A stretch of DNA of 64,000 nucleotides from Candidatus Omnitrophota bacterium (GCA_029261055.1 JAJDCA010000044.1:141867-205866); one strand, 5' to 3'; shown: positions 26,715-36,755, counted from the stretch's first letter. The notes: generated by a model not told the origin, from the sequence alone. Numbers and translations: made by a program.

Positions 26715-27192
26715 AATACTGGAAATCTTATCAAATGATGCCCGTATTACGGCTGAAGAAATTGCCAAATTGACACAAAAATCTGTTGATACGGTAAAAA
26801 AGACAATTAAAAAATATGAAAAAAATGGGACTATTATCAAATACAAAACGATAATTAATGCTGATTTAGTACGTGATAGCAACTCTTTTGTGCGCGCAAT
26901 CATTGAAGTAAGTGTCAGCCCACAAAAAGATGCCGGATTTGATCATATTGCTAAACGCATTTACAGCTTTCCGGAAGTCACAAGCTGTTATCTTCTCTCC
27001 GGAGCTTATGATCTTTTATTAGTCGTTGAAGGTGAAAATTTGCAAACAGTTTCAAATTTTATTGCTAGTAAACTTTCCCCGATGGCACATGTCCGCAGCA
27101 CTTCCACACATTTTCTTTTAAAGAAATATAAAGAAGACGGTCAAATTCTAAAGAAAAAACCACAAGGGAAAAGGCTTAATATTTCTTATTAA
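26707..27192 (+). CDS. Lrp/AsnC-family transcriptional regulator
   Basis: N-terminal HTH (ILEILSNDARITAEEIAKLTQKS) plus a RAM domain. Confidence 0.85.
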   Translation: MDEILEILSNDARITAEEIAKLTQKSVDTVKKTIKKYEKNGTIIKYKTIINADLVRDSNSFVRAIIEVSVSPQKDAGFDHIAKRIYSFPEVTSCYLLSGAYDLLLVVEGENLQTVSNFIASKLSPMAHVRSTSTHFLLKKYKEDGQILKKKPQGKRLNISY

Positions 27193-27204
27193 GGATTTAT
27201 ACTC

Positions 27205-28368
27205 ATGCAAGTTAATATTTCTAAACGTGTTGAACAACTCGCTCCATCAGGAATACGCGCCTTTTTTGACCTTGTGCTCAATATGAAAAATGTTATTTCT
27301 CTGGGCGTTGGTGAACCAGACTTTATCACACCCTGGCATATTCGCGAAGCCGCCATTGATTCTCTGGATCAAGGGTATACTTCTTACACATCAAATAAGG
27401 GAATGCCTGAATTACGCAAACAGATTTGTACCTTTTTAAAACATCGTTATGGCATGAGCTATGATCCTGAGGAAGAAACCTTAATTACCGTAGGTGTCAG
27501 TGAAGGATTAGATCTTGTCATGCGTGCTATTTTGAATCCCGGAAATAAAGTTCTTGTGCCTGAACCCGCATACGTTTCTTATAGCCCTGTCGTCGAATTA
27601 GCCGGTGGAAAGACCATTCTTTTAAAAACAGATATTACAAATCAATTTAAATTAACACCTCAACAAATTGATAAAGCTTGCGTCAAAGGTGTAAAAGCTC
27701 TTATGATTAATTACCCTTGTAATCCAACAGGCGCTTCGTATACCAAAAAAGAATTACAAGCTATTGCCAAAATTATCAAAAAACACAATCTTTTAGTTAT
27801 CAGCGATGAGGTCTACGATGAATTGACTTATGAATTTGACCACACACCGTTTGCTTCACTCAAAGGAATGAAAGAACACGTCATTTATTTTAATGGATTT
27901 TCAAAAGCCTACGCTATGACGGGTTTTAGAATAGGATGGGCTTGTGGGCCATCAAAAATTATTGCGGCCATGACAAAAATCCACCAATATACAATGTTAT
28001 GCCCTTCAATCACAGGGCAAATAGCCGCCCGTGAAGCTTTAAAAAATGGATTCAAAAGTGTGCATGATATGAAAAATGAATATAACCGTCGGCGTCGATT
28101 TATTGTGAAAGCCCTCAATGATATCGGCTTAGAATGTCATTCTCCGGAAGGTGCTTTTTATGTTTTCCCATCGATTAAGAATACAGGGGAGACCTCTATG
28201 GATTTCGCCCAAAACTTATTAAAACAAAAACGTGTGGCCTTGGTTCCCGGGACGGCCTTTGGAGCCTCATGCGAAGGATACGTCCGTATTTCCTATGCAT
28301 CAAGTTATGATAACCTTAAAGAAGCTGTAACACGAATGAAAGAATATTTACATGGCAAAAAAATCTAA
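27205..28368 (+). CDS. Class I/II PLP-dependent aminotransferase
   Basis: NGFSKAYAMTGFRIGW with the Schiff-base Lys; fold-type I features. Confidence 0.85.
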   Translation: MQVNISKRVEQLAPSGIRAFFDLVLNMKNVISLGVGEPDFITPWHIREAAIDSLDQGYTSYTSNKGMPELRKQICTFLKHRYGMSYDPEEETLITVGVSEGLDLVMRAILNPGNKVLVPEPAYVSYSPVVELAGGKTILLKTDITNQFKLTPQQIDKACVKGVKALMINYPCNPTGASYTKKELQAIAKIIKKHNLLVISDEVYDELTYEFDHTPFASLKGMKEHVIYFNGFSKAYAMTGFRIGWACGPSKIIAAMTKIHQYTMLCPSITGQIAAREALKNGFKSVHDMKNEYNRRRRFIVKALNDIGLECHSPEGAFYVFPSIKNTGETSMDFAQNLLKQKRVALVPGTAFGASCEGYVRISYASSYDNLKEAVTRMKEYLHGKKI

Positions 28369-28741
28369 AACTAAAAAAATTGAATTTGAAATCAAATTTT
28401 ACGAAGGTATCTTAATAAAATCTCCTAATTTTATTGAAGCCTTAGCGGCAATAGGGGATTTATATACAAAAAAAGGCGATTATGAAAAAGGCCTGGTAAT
28501 TGATCAGAAATTAGCACGATTACGGCCTGAAGATCCTATGATCCTTTATAATCTGGCTTGTAGTTATTCTCTACTCAACCACATTGATACAGCTTTAACA
28601 ACAATTAAGCGTGCTATTCAATGTGGCTACAGAGATTTTCAATATATTCAACAAGACGATGATTTAAATAATTTATTCAAAGATGACCGTTTTCTGCAGT
28701 ATTGGAAAGAAGTTAAAGATACTAAAAAGGTAAATTCATGA
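28352..28741 (+). CDS. TPR-repeat protein
   Basis: Two or three TPR-like helical hairpins ([34 protein letters not shown]). Confidence 0.5.
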   Translation: MAKKSKTKKIEFEIKFYEGILIKSPNFIEALAAIGDLYTKKGDYEKGLVIDQKLARLRPEDPMILYNLACSYSLLNHIDTALTTIKRAIQCGYRDFQYIQQDDDLNNLFKDDRFLQYWKEVKDTKKVNS

Positions 28742-29157
28742 AATCTTACCGTGAAGAACTATATTTTAATACTCCTGAGCGAAGAGGATACATCAATATC
28801 ACACCACAAGTTCAGCAGGCTATTGATAAAAGTGGTGTAAAAGAAGGGCTTTGTTTGGTCAATGCCATGCATATCACGGCCAGCGTGTACATCAATGATG
28901 ATGAACGCGGCCTGATCGGCGATTATGATAAATGGTTGGAACAACTTGCTCCCCATGCACCCACCTCTCAATACCGCCACAACGATACCGGCGAAGACAA
29001 TGCCGATGCCCATATGAAACGCCAAATTATGGGACGGGAAGTCATGGTCGCTATCACCAACGGTCAACTCGACTTTGGTCCCTGGGAACAAATTTTTTAC
29101 GGCGAATTCGATGGCCGCCGTAAAAAACGCACCCTAATAAAAATTATCGGAGAATAA
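28738..29157 (+). CDS. YjbQ (UPF0047) family secondary thiamine-phosphate synthase-like protein
   Basis: [18 protein letters not shown] ... [13 protein letters not shown] ... [13 protein letters not shown] are characteristic of YjbQ. Confidence 0.8.
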   Translation: MKSYREELYFNTPERRGYINITPQVQQAIDKSGVKEGLCLVNAMHITASVYINDDERGLIGDYDKWLEQLAPHAPTSQYRHNDTGEDNADAHMKRQIMGREVMVAITNGQLDFGPWEQIFYGEFDGRRKKRTLIKIIGE

Positions 29158-29193
29158 AAATATTTTGAATAATTTTAAAATAGGAGATACAGA

Positions 29194-30096
29194 ATGAGCC
29201 TTATTGTTTTAGGAACCGTAGCATTAGACAGCATTAAAACTCCGTCAGGAGTTAAGCCAGAATTATTAGGCGGATCAGCCAGCCATTTTTGTATGAGCGC
29301 CCGATTGTTTAACAAAATCCATTTGGCGAGTGTTGTCGGACAGGATTTCCCAAACAAACATCGACAATTTTTAAAGAAAAAAGGCATCGATTTAACATCA
29401 TTGATTGAACAGGAAGGAAAAACGTTTCATTGGAAAGGCGAATATAAAAAAGGGGACTTTAATAATGCGATCACGCTAAAAACTGAGCTTGGAGTTTTAA
29501 TGAACTACACCCCACAAGTAGCTGCTTCGCAACGTAAAATTCCTAATGTTTTTCTGGCAAATTTTGATCCTGATATTCAAGAATACTTCCTTAAGTTGAT
29601 GGACAAACCTAAATTTGTCGGTATGGATACAATGAACCTCTGGATTGACATCAAGAAAAAAAGCGTGAAACGTTTAATAAAAAAAGTAGACCTTTTTGTC
29701 GCGAATGATGGCGAAGCCTGCGCATTAACCGGCGAAAGCAATTTGATTAAAGCCGCCAAACATCTGCGCTCTTTGGGGCCAAAACTAATTGTTGTTAAAA
29801 AAGGGGAGAACGGCGTCTTATTCTATTCAGATAAGTTTATGTTTTCTTTCCCGGCCTATCCAGTCGAGCAAGTGATTGACCCGACAGGTGCTGGAGATAC
29901 GTTTGCCGGAGGGCTAATGGGATACCTCAGTAAAAGCCCAAAAATTACTGAAGCTACACTAAAAAAAGCTGTTATCTACGCAACAACGTTGGCTTCCTTT
30001 AATGTTGAAGGCTTTGCCATGGCCAAAACGGCCCCATTGACCTTAGCGATGGTTCATCAACGGATGAAAAAACTTGTTAAATTTATATCCGTATAG
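29194..30096 (+). CDS. PfkB-family carbohydrate/nucleoside kinase (ribokinase-like)
   Basis: DPTGAGDTFAGG motif. Confidence 0.75.
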   Translation: MSLIVLGTVALDSIKTPSGVKPELLGGSASHFCMSARLFNKIHLASVVGQDFPNKHRQFLKKKGIDLTSLIEQEGKTFHWKGEYKKGDFNNAITLKTELGVLMNYTPQVAASQRKIPNVFLANFDPDIQEYFLKLMDKPKFVGMDTMNLWIDIKKKSVKRLIKKVDLFVANDGEACALTGESNLIKAAKHLRSLGPKLIVVKKGENGVLFYSDKFMFSFPAYPVEQVIDPTGAGDTFAGGLMGYLSKSPKITEATLKKAVIYATTLASFNVEGFAMAKTAPLTLAMVHQRMKKLVKFISV

Positions 30097-30170
30097 GAAA
30101 GTATAAAACTTTCCTATCGGCTCCAAAAATACGCCTTCAGGTTATCGTCAAAGGCGATTTTCTTGCATGT
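30087..30170 (+). promoter_or_regulatory. Conserved ~85-nt structured intergenic element, copy 2
   Basis: TATCCGTA-TAGGAAAGTATAAAACTTTCCTATCGGCTCCAAAAATACGCC-TTCAGGTTATCGTCAA-AGGCGATTTTCTTGCAT; begins within the last codons of the kinase gene. Confidence 0.4.
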
Positions 30171-30188
30171 TAGAAGGCATGCAATTAT

Positions 30189-30470
30189 ATGAAAACAAAA
30201 ATTATTGAAAGTATCGGGTTGGTGGCAGCGATAACCTTACCATTTTTTAATATCCCACTGATCTATAAAATCATCAAACGAAAATCATCTCAAGATTTAA
30301 GCCTTTGTTGGGTGCTTGGGGTATGGTGCTGTATCGTACTTATGGCACCCTCGGGTTTCACCTCAACCGATGTCGTTTGGAAAACTTTTAATATCGTTAA
30401 TATTCTTTTTTTTACAGGCGTTATGATTGTAACCCTGCGCTATAGGAATGGCCATGACAACAAAAAATAA
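30189..30470 (+). CDS. Small 3-TM membrane protein, PQ-loop/SemiSWEET-like or lipid-A-biosynthesis-N-domain-like
   Basis: 93 aa with three predicted TM helices; topology and size fit the SemiSWEET/LAB_N families; no strong motif. Confidence 0.35.
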   Translation: MKTKIIESIGLVAAITLPFFNIPLIYKIIKRKSSQDLSLCWVLGVWCCIVLMAPSGFTSTDVVWKTFNIVNILFFTGVMIVTLRYRNGHDNKK

Positions 30471-31380
30471 TAGTTATCGTTCGGGGATGGTATCCATTGT
30501 CGGACGCCCCAATGTTGGAAAATCCACGCTGCTTAACACCCTTGTCGGTGAGAAAATAGCGATTGTTTCAAAAATCCCACAAACAACACGCAATCAAATT
30601 CGAGGTATTTATACCGACCCACGCGGACAAATCGTCTTCGTCGATACCCCGGGGCTTCATCTAGGTCGCGATAAACTCGACCGTTTTATGAATAATGCCT
30701 CAACCGACACAATGCACGATGTCGATTGCATCATTTACCTTGTTGACACAACCCGCCGTATCGGCCAAGAAGAAAATCATATTGCAGCGGAGCTTGCCAA
30801 GGTCAAGTGTCCTCTTATTCTAGGACTAAATAAAATTGATATTAAAAAAAATAATGTGCCGGAGTACATCTCCTTTTGGGAAGAAATTAAAGGACAGTCT
30901 GTTCAAGATATGAAAAACTTTATGCTCGTACCTTTATCCGGAGAAAAGGGGACAAATACAGATACTTTACTCAACGTTTTATTTGATTACTTACCCGAAG
31001 GCCCCCCTTTATACCCGGAAGACACCGTTACCGACATTCCCCAAAAAATGGCCATAGCCGATATCATTCGTGAAAAATTATTTCTTTTAATGAAAGATGA
31101 AATTCCGCACTCTTTAGGTGTTGTGATTGAAGAAATGCGCCCTATCAAGGGGAAAACACAACTCATCAAAGCCCTTATTTTTGTCGAAAAACAAACACAA
31201 AAAGAAATTGTCATTGGGAAGGGCGGCAATATTCTTAAAAAAGCCGGGAGTTTCGCACGCGAAGAACTTGAAATCCTCTTAGAACAAAAGGTCTATTTAG
31301 AATGCCACGTCAAAACTCAAAAAAACTGGCGAGATAATATTTCCATTCTACAAGAACTTGGCTATGACCAAAATATTTGA
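30448..31380 (+). CDS. era: GTPase Era
   Basis: G1 GRPNVGKST, G3 DTPG, G4 NKID, and a C-terminal KH domain. Confidence 0.9.
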   Translation: MAMTTKNNSYRSGMVSIVGRPNVGKSTLLNTLVGEKIAIVSKIPQTTRNQIRGIYTDPRGQIVFVDTPGLHLGRDKLDRFMNNASTDTMHDVDCIIYLVDTTRRIGQEENHIAAELAKVKCPLILGLNKIDIKKNNVPEYISFWEEIKGQSVQDMKNFMLVPLSGEKGTNTDTLLNVLFDYLPEGPPLYPEDTVTDIPQKMAIADIIREKLFLLMKDEIPHSLGVVIEEMRPIKGKTQLIKALIFVEKQTQKEIVIGKGGNILKKAGSFAREELEILLEQKVYLECHVKTQKNWRDNISILQELGYDQNI

Positions 31381-32038
31381 AAACGCACTCACAGTAAAAG
31401 AAATCCAGGATTTAGATAAAACTGCTATTGAAAAATATGGCATGCCTTCCATTGCATTGATGGAAAACGCAGGCAGGGCAACAGCCTATGAAGTAGTTAA
31501 ATCCTTACGCAAAAAAAATAATCCATCGGTGTGTATTATCTGCGGGATTGGAAATAATGCCGGTGACGGATTTGTCGTGGCCAGGCATTTAATTAATATT
31601 GAAGTGCCAACAAAAATATTTTTTATCGGGAACCCGGCACAGCTTAAACCTGATGCCGCTATCAACTACACTATTTTGAAAAAAATGAATTATCCCATAA
31701 CAGAATGCCAGGATTTAGCACCGGAATCTTTAAAAGATATTGCCCAGGCTGATGTTGTGCTTGATGCTATCTTTGGTGTGGGTCTAAACCGCACTATTGA
31801 AGATCCCTTTAAAAAAATTATCCATCATCTCAATATTTCAGCACGTCACATAATTTCTGTGGATATCCCATCAGGATTAGATGGTACTACTGGAAAAATT
31901 TATGGCATATGCATAAAAGCCAAAAAAACAGTGACGTTTACTTTTGCAAAAAAAGGATTCTATAAAAATCAGGGACCAAAGTTTACAGGAAAAGTAGTCC
32001 TGGTGGATATAGGAATACCTTATGTCTGTTACAAATAA
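31358..32038 (+). CDS. NAD(P)H-hydrate epimerase (YjeF N-terminal domain), standalone
   Basis: YjeF_N motifs (ICGIGNNAGDGFVVARHL; DAIFGVGLNR). Confidence 0.7.
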   Translation: MAMTKIFENALTVKEIQDLDKTAIEKYGMPSIALMENAGRATAYEVVKSLRKKNNPSVCIICGIGNNAGDGFVVARHLINIEVPTKIFFIGNPAQLKPDAAINYTILKKMNYPITECQDLAPESLKDIAQADVVLDAIFGVGLNRTIEDPFKKIIHHLNISARHIISVDIPSGLDGTTGKIYGICIKAKKTVTFTFAKKGFYKNQGPKFTGKVVLVDIGIPYVCYK

Positions 32039-32684
32039 AAATATCCATCAAGTGATTAAAATTCTTCAGCATGAATTAAAACACCTTCCCGACCCATCTG
32101 TAACGTTAGTTGGAAAAAGATGGAAGAGCCCGTTTCTGGTTTTAATTTCCTGCATTCTAAGCCTACGCACTAAAGATCAAACAACACTTCCAGCTTCTGA
32201 ACGATTGTTTGCTTTGGCTAATACACCGGAAACCATGATAAAATTAACGGCTAAAGAAATTGAAAAGGCTGTATATCCTGTTGGATTTTATAAAACAAAA
32301 GCAAAAAGCATCTTAGGTATCTGCAAAGATATATTAGAAAAATTTGATAGCCAGGTCCCCAATGACATTGACATATTGATGACAATGAAGGGCGTGGGAC
32401 GCAAAACCGCAAATCTTGTTTTGACAGAAGGCTTTGGAATTCCTGCTATTTGTGTCGATACCCATGTTCATCGCATTTCGAATCGTTTTGAATATGTTCA
32501 CACAAAAAATCCTGAAGAAACAGAATGGGCTTTAAGAAAACAATTACCAAAAAAGTACTGGATTGAGTATAATGCCCTCTTAGTCACGTGGGGACAGAAT
32601 ATTTGCAGACCTATATCGCCATTGTGTTCACAGTGTGGTATTGAAAAATTTTGCCCAAAAAATGATGTAAAAAAACATCGATAA
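32022..32684 (+). CDS. nth: Endonuclease III (HhH-GPD with a 4Fe-4S cluster)
   Basis: HhH motif GVGRKTANLVL; C-terminal CxxxxxxCxxCxxxxxC cluster (CRPISPLCSQCGIEKFC). Confidence 0.85.
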   Translation: MSVTNKNIHQVIKILQHELKHLPDPSVTLVGKRWKSPFLVLISCILSLRTKDQTTLPASERLFALANTPETMIKLTAKEIEKAVYPVGFYKTKAKSILGICKDILEKFDSQVPNDIDILMTMKGVGRKTANLVLTEGFGIPAICVDTHVHRISNRFEYVHTKNPEETEWALRKQLPKKYWIEYNALLVTWGQNICRPISPLCSQCGIEKFCPKNDVKKHR

Positions 32685-32687
32685 ACT

Positions 32688-33974
32688 ATGCGTTTATTCC
32701 TTTATTTCTCAGAAACCCTCGGTCGTAACGTTGTTGACAAAAACAACCAATTCATAGGGCGACTGTGTGATCTTTCTATGCTCCAAAACCAAGAAGTTTT
32801 TCCGCGCACCGAAAGCCTTATCATCAAACGAGGTGTTTTTTACACAGAGTATGCATGTATCCATATTGAGGATGTTCAAGAGTTTAAAAAAACTATTCGT
32901 TTAAAAATTCACCACACCGACATTACATTTAAACGAAAATCCTTCCGTTGTGATTTTTCACTTATCCGCGATATTATGGATCAACAAATTGTTGACACCG
33001 ATGACCAAAAAGTTGTCCGTGTTAATGATGTCCAGCTTCTTCGTGTAGACCAACAATTGTATCTGGCTCATGTTGATGTCGGCCTTCGTGGGTTAATCCG
33101 TCGTCTTGATTGGACCAAAATGGTCGATTTTCTTGTAACCCTTTTTTCACCCAAATCCCCCTACCTGAAACAAGAAGAACTTATCTCCTGGAAAAATACA
33201 CATGTTTTAACAACAGGTCGAGGAAAAGGAGCCCTACGCTCTGATGTTGCGCGTAGTAAATTAGCTAAAATTCCAACAGCAGAATTAGCGGACATTATGG
33301 AAGACCTGGACATTTTTGAGAAATTTTCTTTATTTAAAACGTTCAATGTCGATATGCAGCGCAAAATTTTTACCGATATGGCCCTGCCGGAAAAAGAAGA
33401 ACTCATTGATCAACTAAGCGATAAAGAGGCTGGCAACCTCCTTGAAAATATTCCGGCTGATGAAGCTACCGATTTATTGAACAATCTACCAAAAGAAAAA
33501 ACGGTTCAATTAATGCGCCATATGCATTCTAAGACATCAAAACAATTACGAAAACTCCTCGGTTTTGCCGAAGACTCAGCTGGCGGACTTATGACAACAG
33601 AATATCTATCCCTGAATAAAGATGCTCTGGTCAAAGACGCTTTGCAACTTATTAAAGACAATGTGGATTACCCCGGAAATATATTTCATGTATACATTGT
33701 TGATGAAAAAAATCACCTCGTAGGCGCAACATCATTAAGACGATTTATCAATACAACGCCAACAACACCTCTGATGGATACCTGTTATCATAATAAAACC
33801 TTTGTACGAACGGATGATGGGGTAGAGGAAGTAGCCCTTTTATTAGAAAAATATAAATTTTCTTCTATCCCTGTATTAAATGAAGAAGATATTCTCCAAG
33901 GAGTCATTACGAGTGATGACGTTATGGAAGAACTTATTTCTTTGACCTGGAAAAAATATAAAGATCAGCTATAA
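32688..33974 (+). CDS. Soluble PRC-barrel + MgtE-N + CBS-pair protein (MgtE cytoplasmic sensor module without a channel domain)
   Basis: Two PRC-barrel-like segments; MgtE_N-like helical region (LAKIPTAELADIMEDLDIFEKFSLFKTFNVDMQRKIF ... ATDLLNNLPKEKTVQLMRHM); two CBS motifs; ends right after CBS2 with no TM helices. Confidence 0.65.
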   Translation: MRLFLYFSETLGRNVVDKNNQFIGRLCDLSMLQNQEVFPRTESLIIKRGVFYTEYACIHIEDVQEFKKTIRLKIHHTDITFKRKSFRCDFSLIRDIMDQQIVDTDDQKVVRVNDVQLLRVDQQLYLAHVDVGLRGLIRRLDWTKMVDFLVTLFSPKSPYLKQEELISWKNTHVLTTGRGKGALRSDVARSKLAKIPTAELADIMEDLDIFEKFSLFKTFNVDMQRKIFTDMALPEKEELIDQLSDKEAGNLLENIPADEATDLLNNLPKEKTVQLMRHMHSKTSKQLRKLLGFAEDSAGGLMTTEYLSLNKDALVKDALQLIKDNVDYPGNIFHVYIVDEKNHLVGATSLRRFINTTPTTPLMDTCYHNKTFVRTDDGVEEVALLLEKYKFSSIPVLNEEDILQGVITSDDVMEELISLTWKKYKDQL

Positions 33975-33986
33975 AATATATCCATT

Positions 33987-35246
33987 ATGAAAAAACTTAT
34001 TGGTACTATTAGAAATTCAAAGCCTATCAGAAACTTACTTTTGTTTCTCGCTGTTATGGGGCCTGGCATTATTACGGCTAATGTTGACAATGATGCCGGT
34101 GGCATCGCGACTTACTCATTAGCTGGCGCCCATTTTGGATATACTTTATTATGGTCATTAATTCCAGTGACCATAGCTTTGATTATTGTGCAGGAAATGT
34201 GTGCCCGCATGGCTGTTGCCACGGGAAAGGGACTTGCAGACCTTATTCGTGAAAATTATGGTGTTAAACTGACATTTTACCTTATGTTGGCCCTATTTTT
34301 TGTTAACCTTTCTAACGTCATGGCTGAATTTGCCGGTATTGCAGTCAGTCTGGAAATCTTTCATATCAGTAAATTTATTTCTGTACCTTTATCTGCTTTT
34401 TTTGTATGGTGGCTTGTCGTCAAAGGGACTTATAAATCCGTTGAAAAAATCTTTTTATTTGCCTGTCTTTTTTATGTCTGTTACGTTATTTCAGGATTTA
34501 TTGCCCACCCTAATTGGGAGGATGTTTTTCAACAAACAATTAAGCCAAAAATAGAATGGAATCTAACTTATATTGTTATGCTGGTCGGAATTATTGGAAC
34601 AACCATCGCCCCGTGGATGCAATTTTATCTACAGTCATCAATTGTTGAAAAAGGAATTACTATTGATGAATATAAGCACCTTCGCATTGATGTTGTTGGG
34701 GGATGCATTATTGCCCCTGTTATTGCCTTTTTTATCGTGGTTGCCTGTGCCGCCACATTGTTTCAAGCAGGGATACGTGTAGAATCTGCTGCGGATGCCG
34801 CCATGGCCTTAGAACCATTTGCAGGAAAACATGCCACATGGTTATTTGCTTTTGGACTGTTTAATGCGTCCATATTTGCGGCTTCCATTTTACCCCTTTC
34901 CACAGCCTACAGTATCTGTGAAGGAATGGGATGGGATGCAGGCGTTGACAAACGCTTTGAAGAAGCCCCACAATTTTTTTGGTTATATGCTGCGATGATT
35001 ATTATTGGCGCCGGGGTTGTCCTTATGCCACGTTTTCCGATGCTTACCGTCATGTATTTATCCCAAGTTGGAAATGGACTCCTTTTGCCGGTCATTCTTA
35101 TTCTGATGACATTACTTATCAATAAAAAAGAACTGATGGGTGAATTTGTTAACACAAAAAAATTAAATATTATAACTTGGTTTACGGTCGGAGTAATAAG
35201 CCTGACAACATTAATTATGATTATATTTCTTATTGTGTATCACTAG
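33987..35246 (+). CDS. NRAMP (SLC11) family transporter with NRMT-like (Mg2+-transporter-like) binding-site substitutions
   Basis: TM1 NVDNDAGGIATYSLAGAHFGY aligns to the NRAMP DPGN motif but reads DAGG; TM6 GTTIAPWMQFYLQSS aligns to GA(V/T)(I/V)MPHNLYLHS with Ala->Thr, Met->Ala and His->Trp; about 11 TM helices. Confidence 0.75.
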   Translation: MKKLIGTIRNSKPIRNLLLFLAVMGPGIITANVDNDAGGIATYSLAGAHFGYTLLWSLIPVTIALIIVQEMCARMAVATGKGLADLIRENYGVKLTFYLMLALFFVNLSNVMAEFAGIAVSLEIFHISKFISVPLSAFFVWWLVVKGTYKSVEKIFLFACLFYVCYVISGFIAHPNWEDVFQQTIKPKIEWNLTYIVMLVGIIGTTIAPWMQFYLQSSIVEKGITIDEYKHLRIDVVGGCIIAPVIAFFIVVACAATLFQAGIRVESAADAAMALEPFAGKHATWLFAFGLFNASIFAASILPLSTAYSICEGMGWDAGVDKRFEEAPQFFWLYAAMIIIGAGVVLMPRFPMLTVMYLSQVGNGLLLPVILILMTLLINKKELMGEFVNTKKLNIITWFTVGVISLTTLIMIIFLIVYH

Positions 35247-35284
35247 GATCCTTATCTTATGAAAAAATTAGAAAAAGAGGCTAC

Positions 35285-36133
35285 ATGAAACAAATTTCAA
35301 GTATCCTTATATTAATCGCAACTTTGACCTTTATCCCAACACAACTTTTTGCAAAACCTGTTAAACAGGCTTATACAGAAGCTGAATTAGTGACGGATAT
35401 AAAAACCGTTCAACCCGGACATTCATTTTGGATTGCATTAAAACTTAAAATGGATGAAGGGTGGCACACCTATTGGCAGAATCCTGGAGATTCAGGCTTA
35501 GCGACAAGTATAAAATGGAACCTACCAGAAGGATTCACAGCTGATAACATTCAATGGCCATTTCCAAAAGTCTTTAAATCCTCGGGTCTCATAACATACG
35601 GATATGATGGTGACGTATTTTTACTCAGTAAAATAACGCCGCCTAAAGTATTACAAGCGGATAGTCAACACACCCTCAAGGCCCGGGCACAATGGTTGGC
35701 CTGCGCTAAAATATGTGTGCCTGGTAGAGCCGATTTGGAATTGTCATTATCGGTTAGTACCGATACGCCCGAAATAAATCAGGAAATACAACAATTATTT
35801 AAAACAATACAAAATAAATGGCCGATTACAAAAAGTGATTGGAATGTCCAATCTGGTCAGGATAAAAAAAATATCTATCTTCATTTAACATCCACGAATG
35901 AATATTCTGATAACCTGACCAATATTTCCTTCTTTCCACTAGATAGTACAGCATTCAATTTTTCTGGATTCAAAAAAGTAACCCCAAATAATAATATTTA
36001 CAAACTTCCTATTACTCAACCAACAACTTTTGAAGGCAACATCAAAAAAATAGAAGGGGTACTGGTTTTTCAGAACGAATGGGAGGAAGGCGTAGTTCAA
36101 CAAATTTTATCAATTAACGTTCCTATTAATTAA
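35285..36133 (+). CDS. Periplasmic DsbD-N-terminal-domain-like (nDsbD/ScsB-N-like) protein
   Basis: SD AAAAAGAGG; signal peptide; GWHTYWQNPGDSGLATSIKWNLPEGFTADNIQWPFP matches the DsbD alpha-domain signature. Confidence 0.5.
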   Translation: MKQISSILILIATLTFIPTQLFAKPVKQAYTEAELVTDIKTVQPGHSFWIALKLKMDEGWHTYWQNPGDSGLATSIKWNLPEGFTADNIQWPFPKVFKSSGLITYGYDGDVFLLSKITPPKVLQADSQHTLKARAQWLACAKICVPGRADLELSLSVSTDTPEINQEIQQLFKTIQNKWPITKSDWNVQSGQDKKNIYLHLTSTNEYSDNLTNISFFPLDSTAFNFSGFKKVTPNNNIYKLPITQPTTFEGNIKKIEGVLVFQNEWEEGVVQQILSINVPIN

Positions 36134-36143
36134 AGGAGAACAC

Positions 36144-36755
36144 ATGCGTAACATAAAAAAAATATTATCCCTCGCTACAGTATTTTTATTGTTTCAAATT
36201 ACGGTAGGGCACTCTGCTATTAAAACCGGGGAAACTGCCCCTGAATTTACCCTAATTGACACCTATGAAGCAGAACATTCTTTATCTAATTACAAGGGAA
36301 AGTTTGTTGTGCTTGAATGGTTAAATCACGATTGTCCATTTGTTCGCAAACATTACGGTAATGGAAACATGCAAAGTTTACAAAAAACATATACTGAAAA
36401 AGAAGTTATTTGGCTTTCAATCAGCTCTTCAGCGCATGGTAATCAAGGGCATTATCATCCAGAAGAGGCCAATCAACTCACCCAAGAAAAACAAGCTAAC
36501 CCAACGGCTGTTCTCCTAGACATTGAAGGAACCGTTGGACATCTTTACGGAGCCAAAACTACACCACACATCTTTATAATCAATCCCGAAGGTACCTTGA
36601 TTTATCAAGGTGCCATCGATAGCATCCCCGGCACTGATCCTGCGGACATTGCTGAGGCTAATAATTACGTCCAATTAACTCTGGATGCGGCGATGGCAGG
36701 AAATTCGGTCGCGACGCCATCAACCCAATCCTATGGGTGCTCGGTAAAGTATTAA
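36144..36755 (+). CDS. Secreted thioredoxin-fold (TlpA/redoxin-like) protein
   Basis: Signal peptide; FVVLEWLNHDCPFVRKHY resembles the thioredoxin-fold active-site region (single Cys visible); SD AAGGAG. Confidence 0.45.
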   Translation: MRNIKKILSLATVFLLFQITVGHSAIKTGETAPEFTLIDTYEAEHSLSNYKGKFVVLEWLNHDCPFVRKHYGNGNMQSLQKTYTEKEVIWLSISSSAHGNQGHYHPEEANQLTQEKQANPTAVLLDIEGTVGHLYGAKTTPHIFIINPEGTLIYQGAIDSIPGTDPADIAEANNYVQLTLDAAMAGNSVATPSTQSYGCSVKY

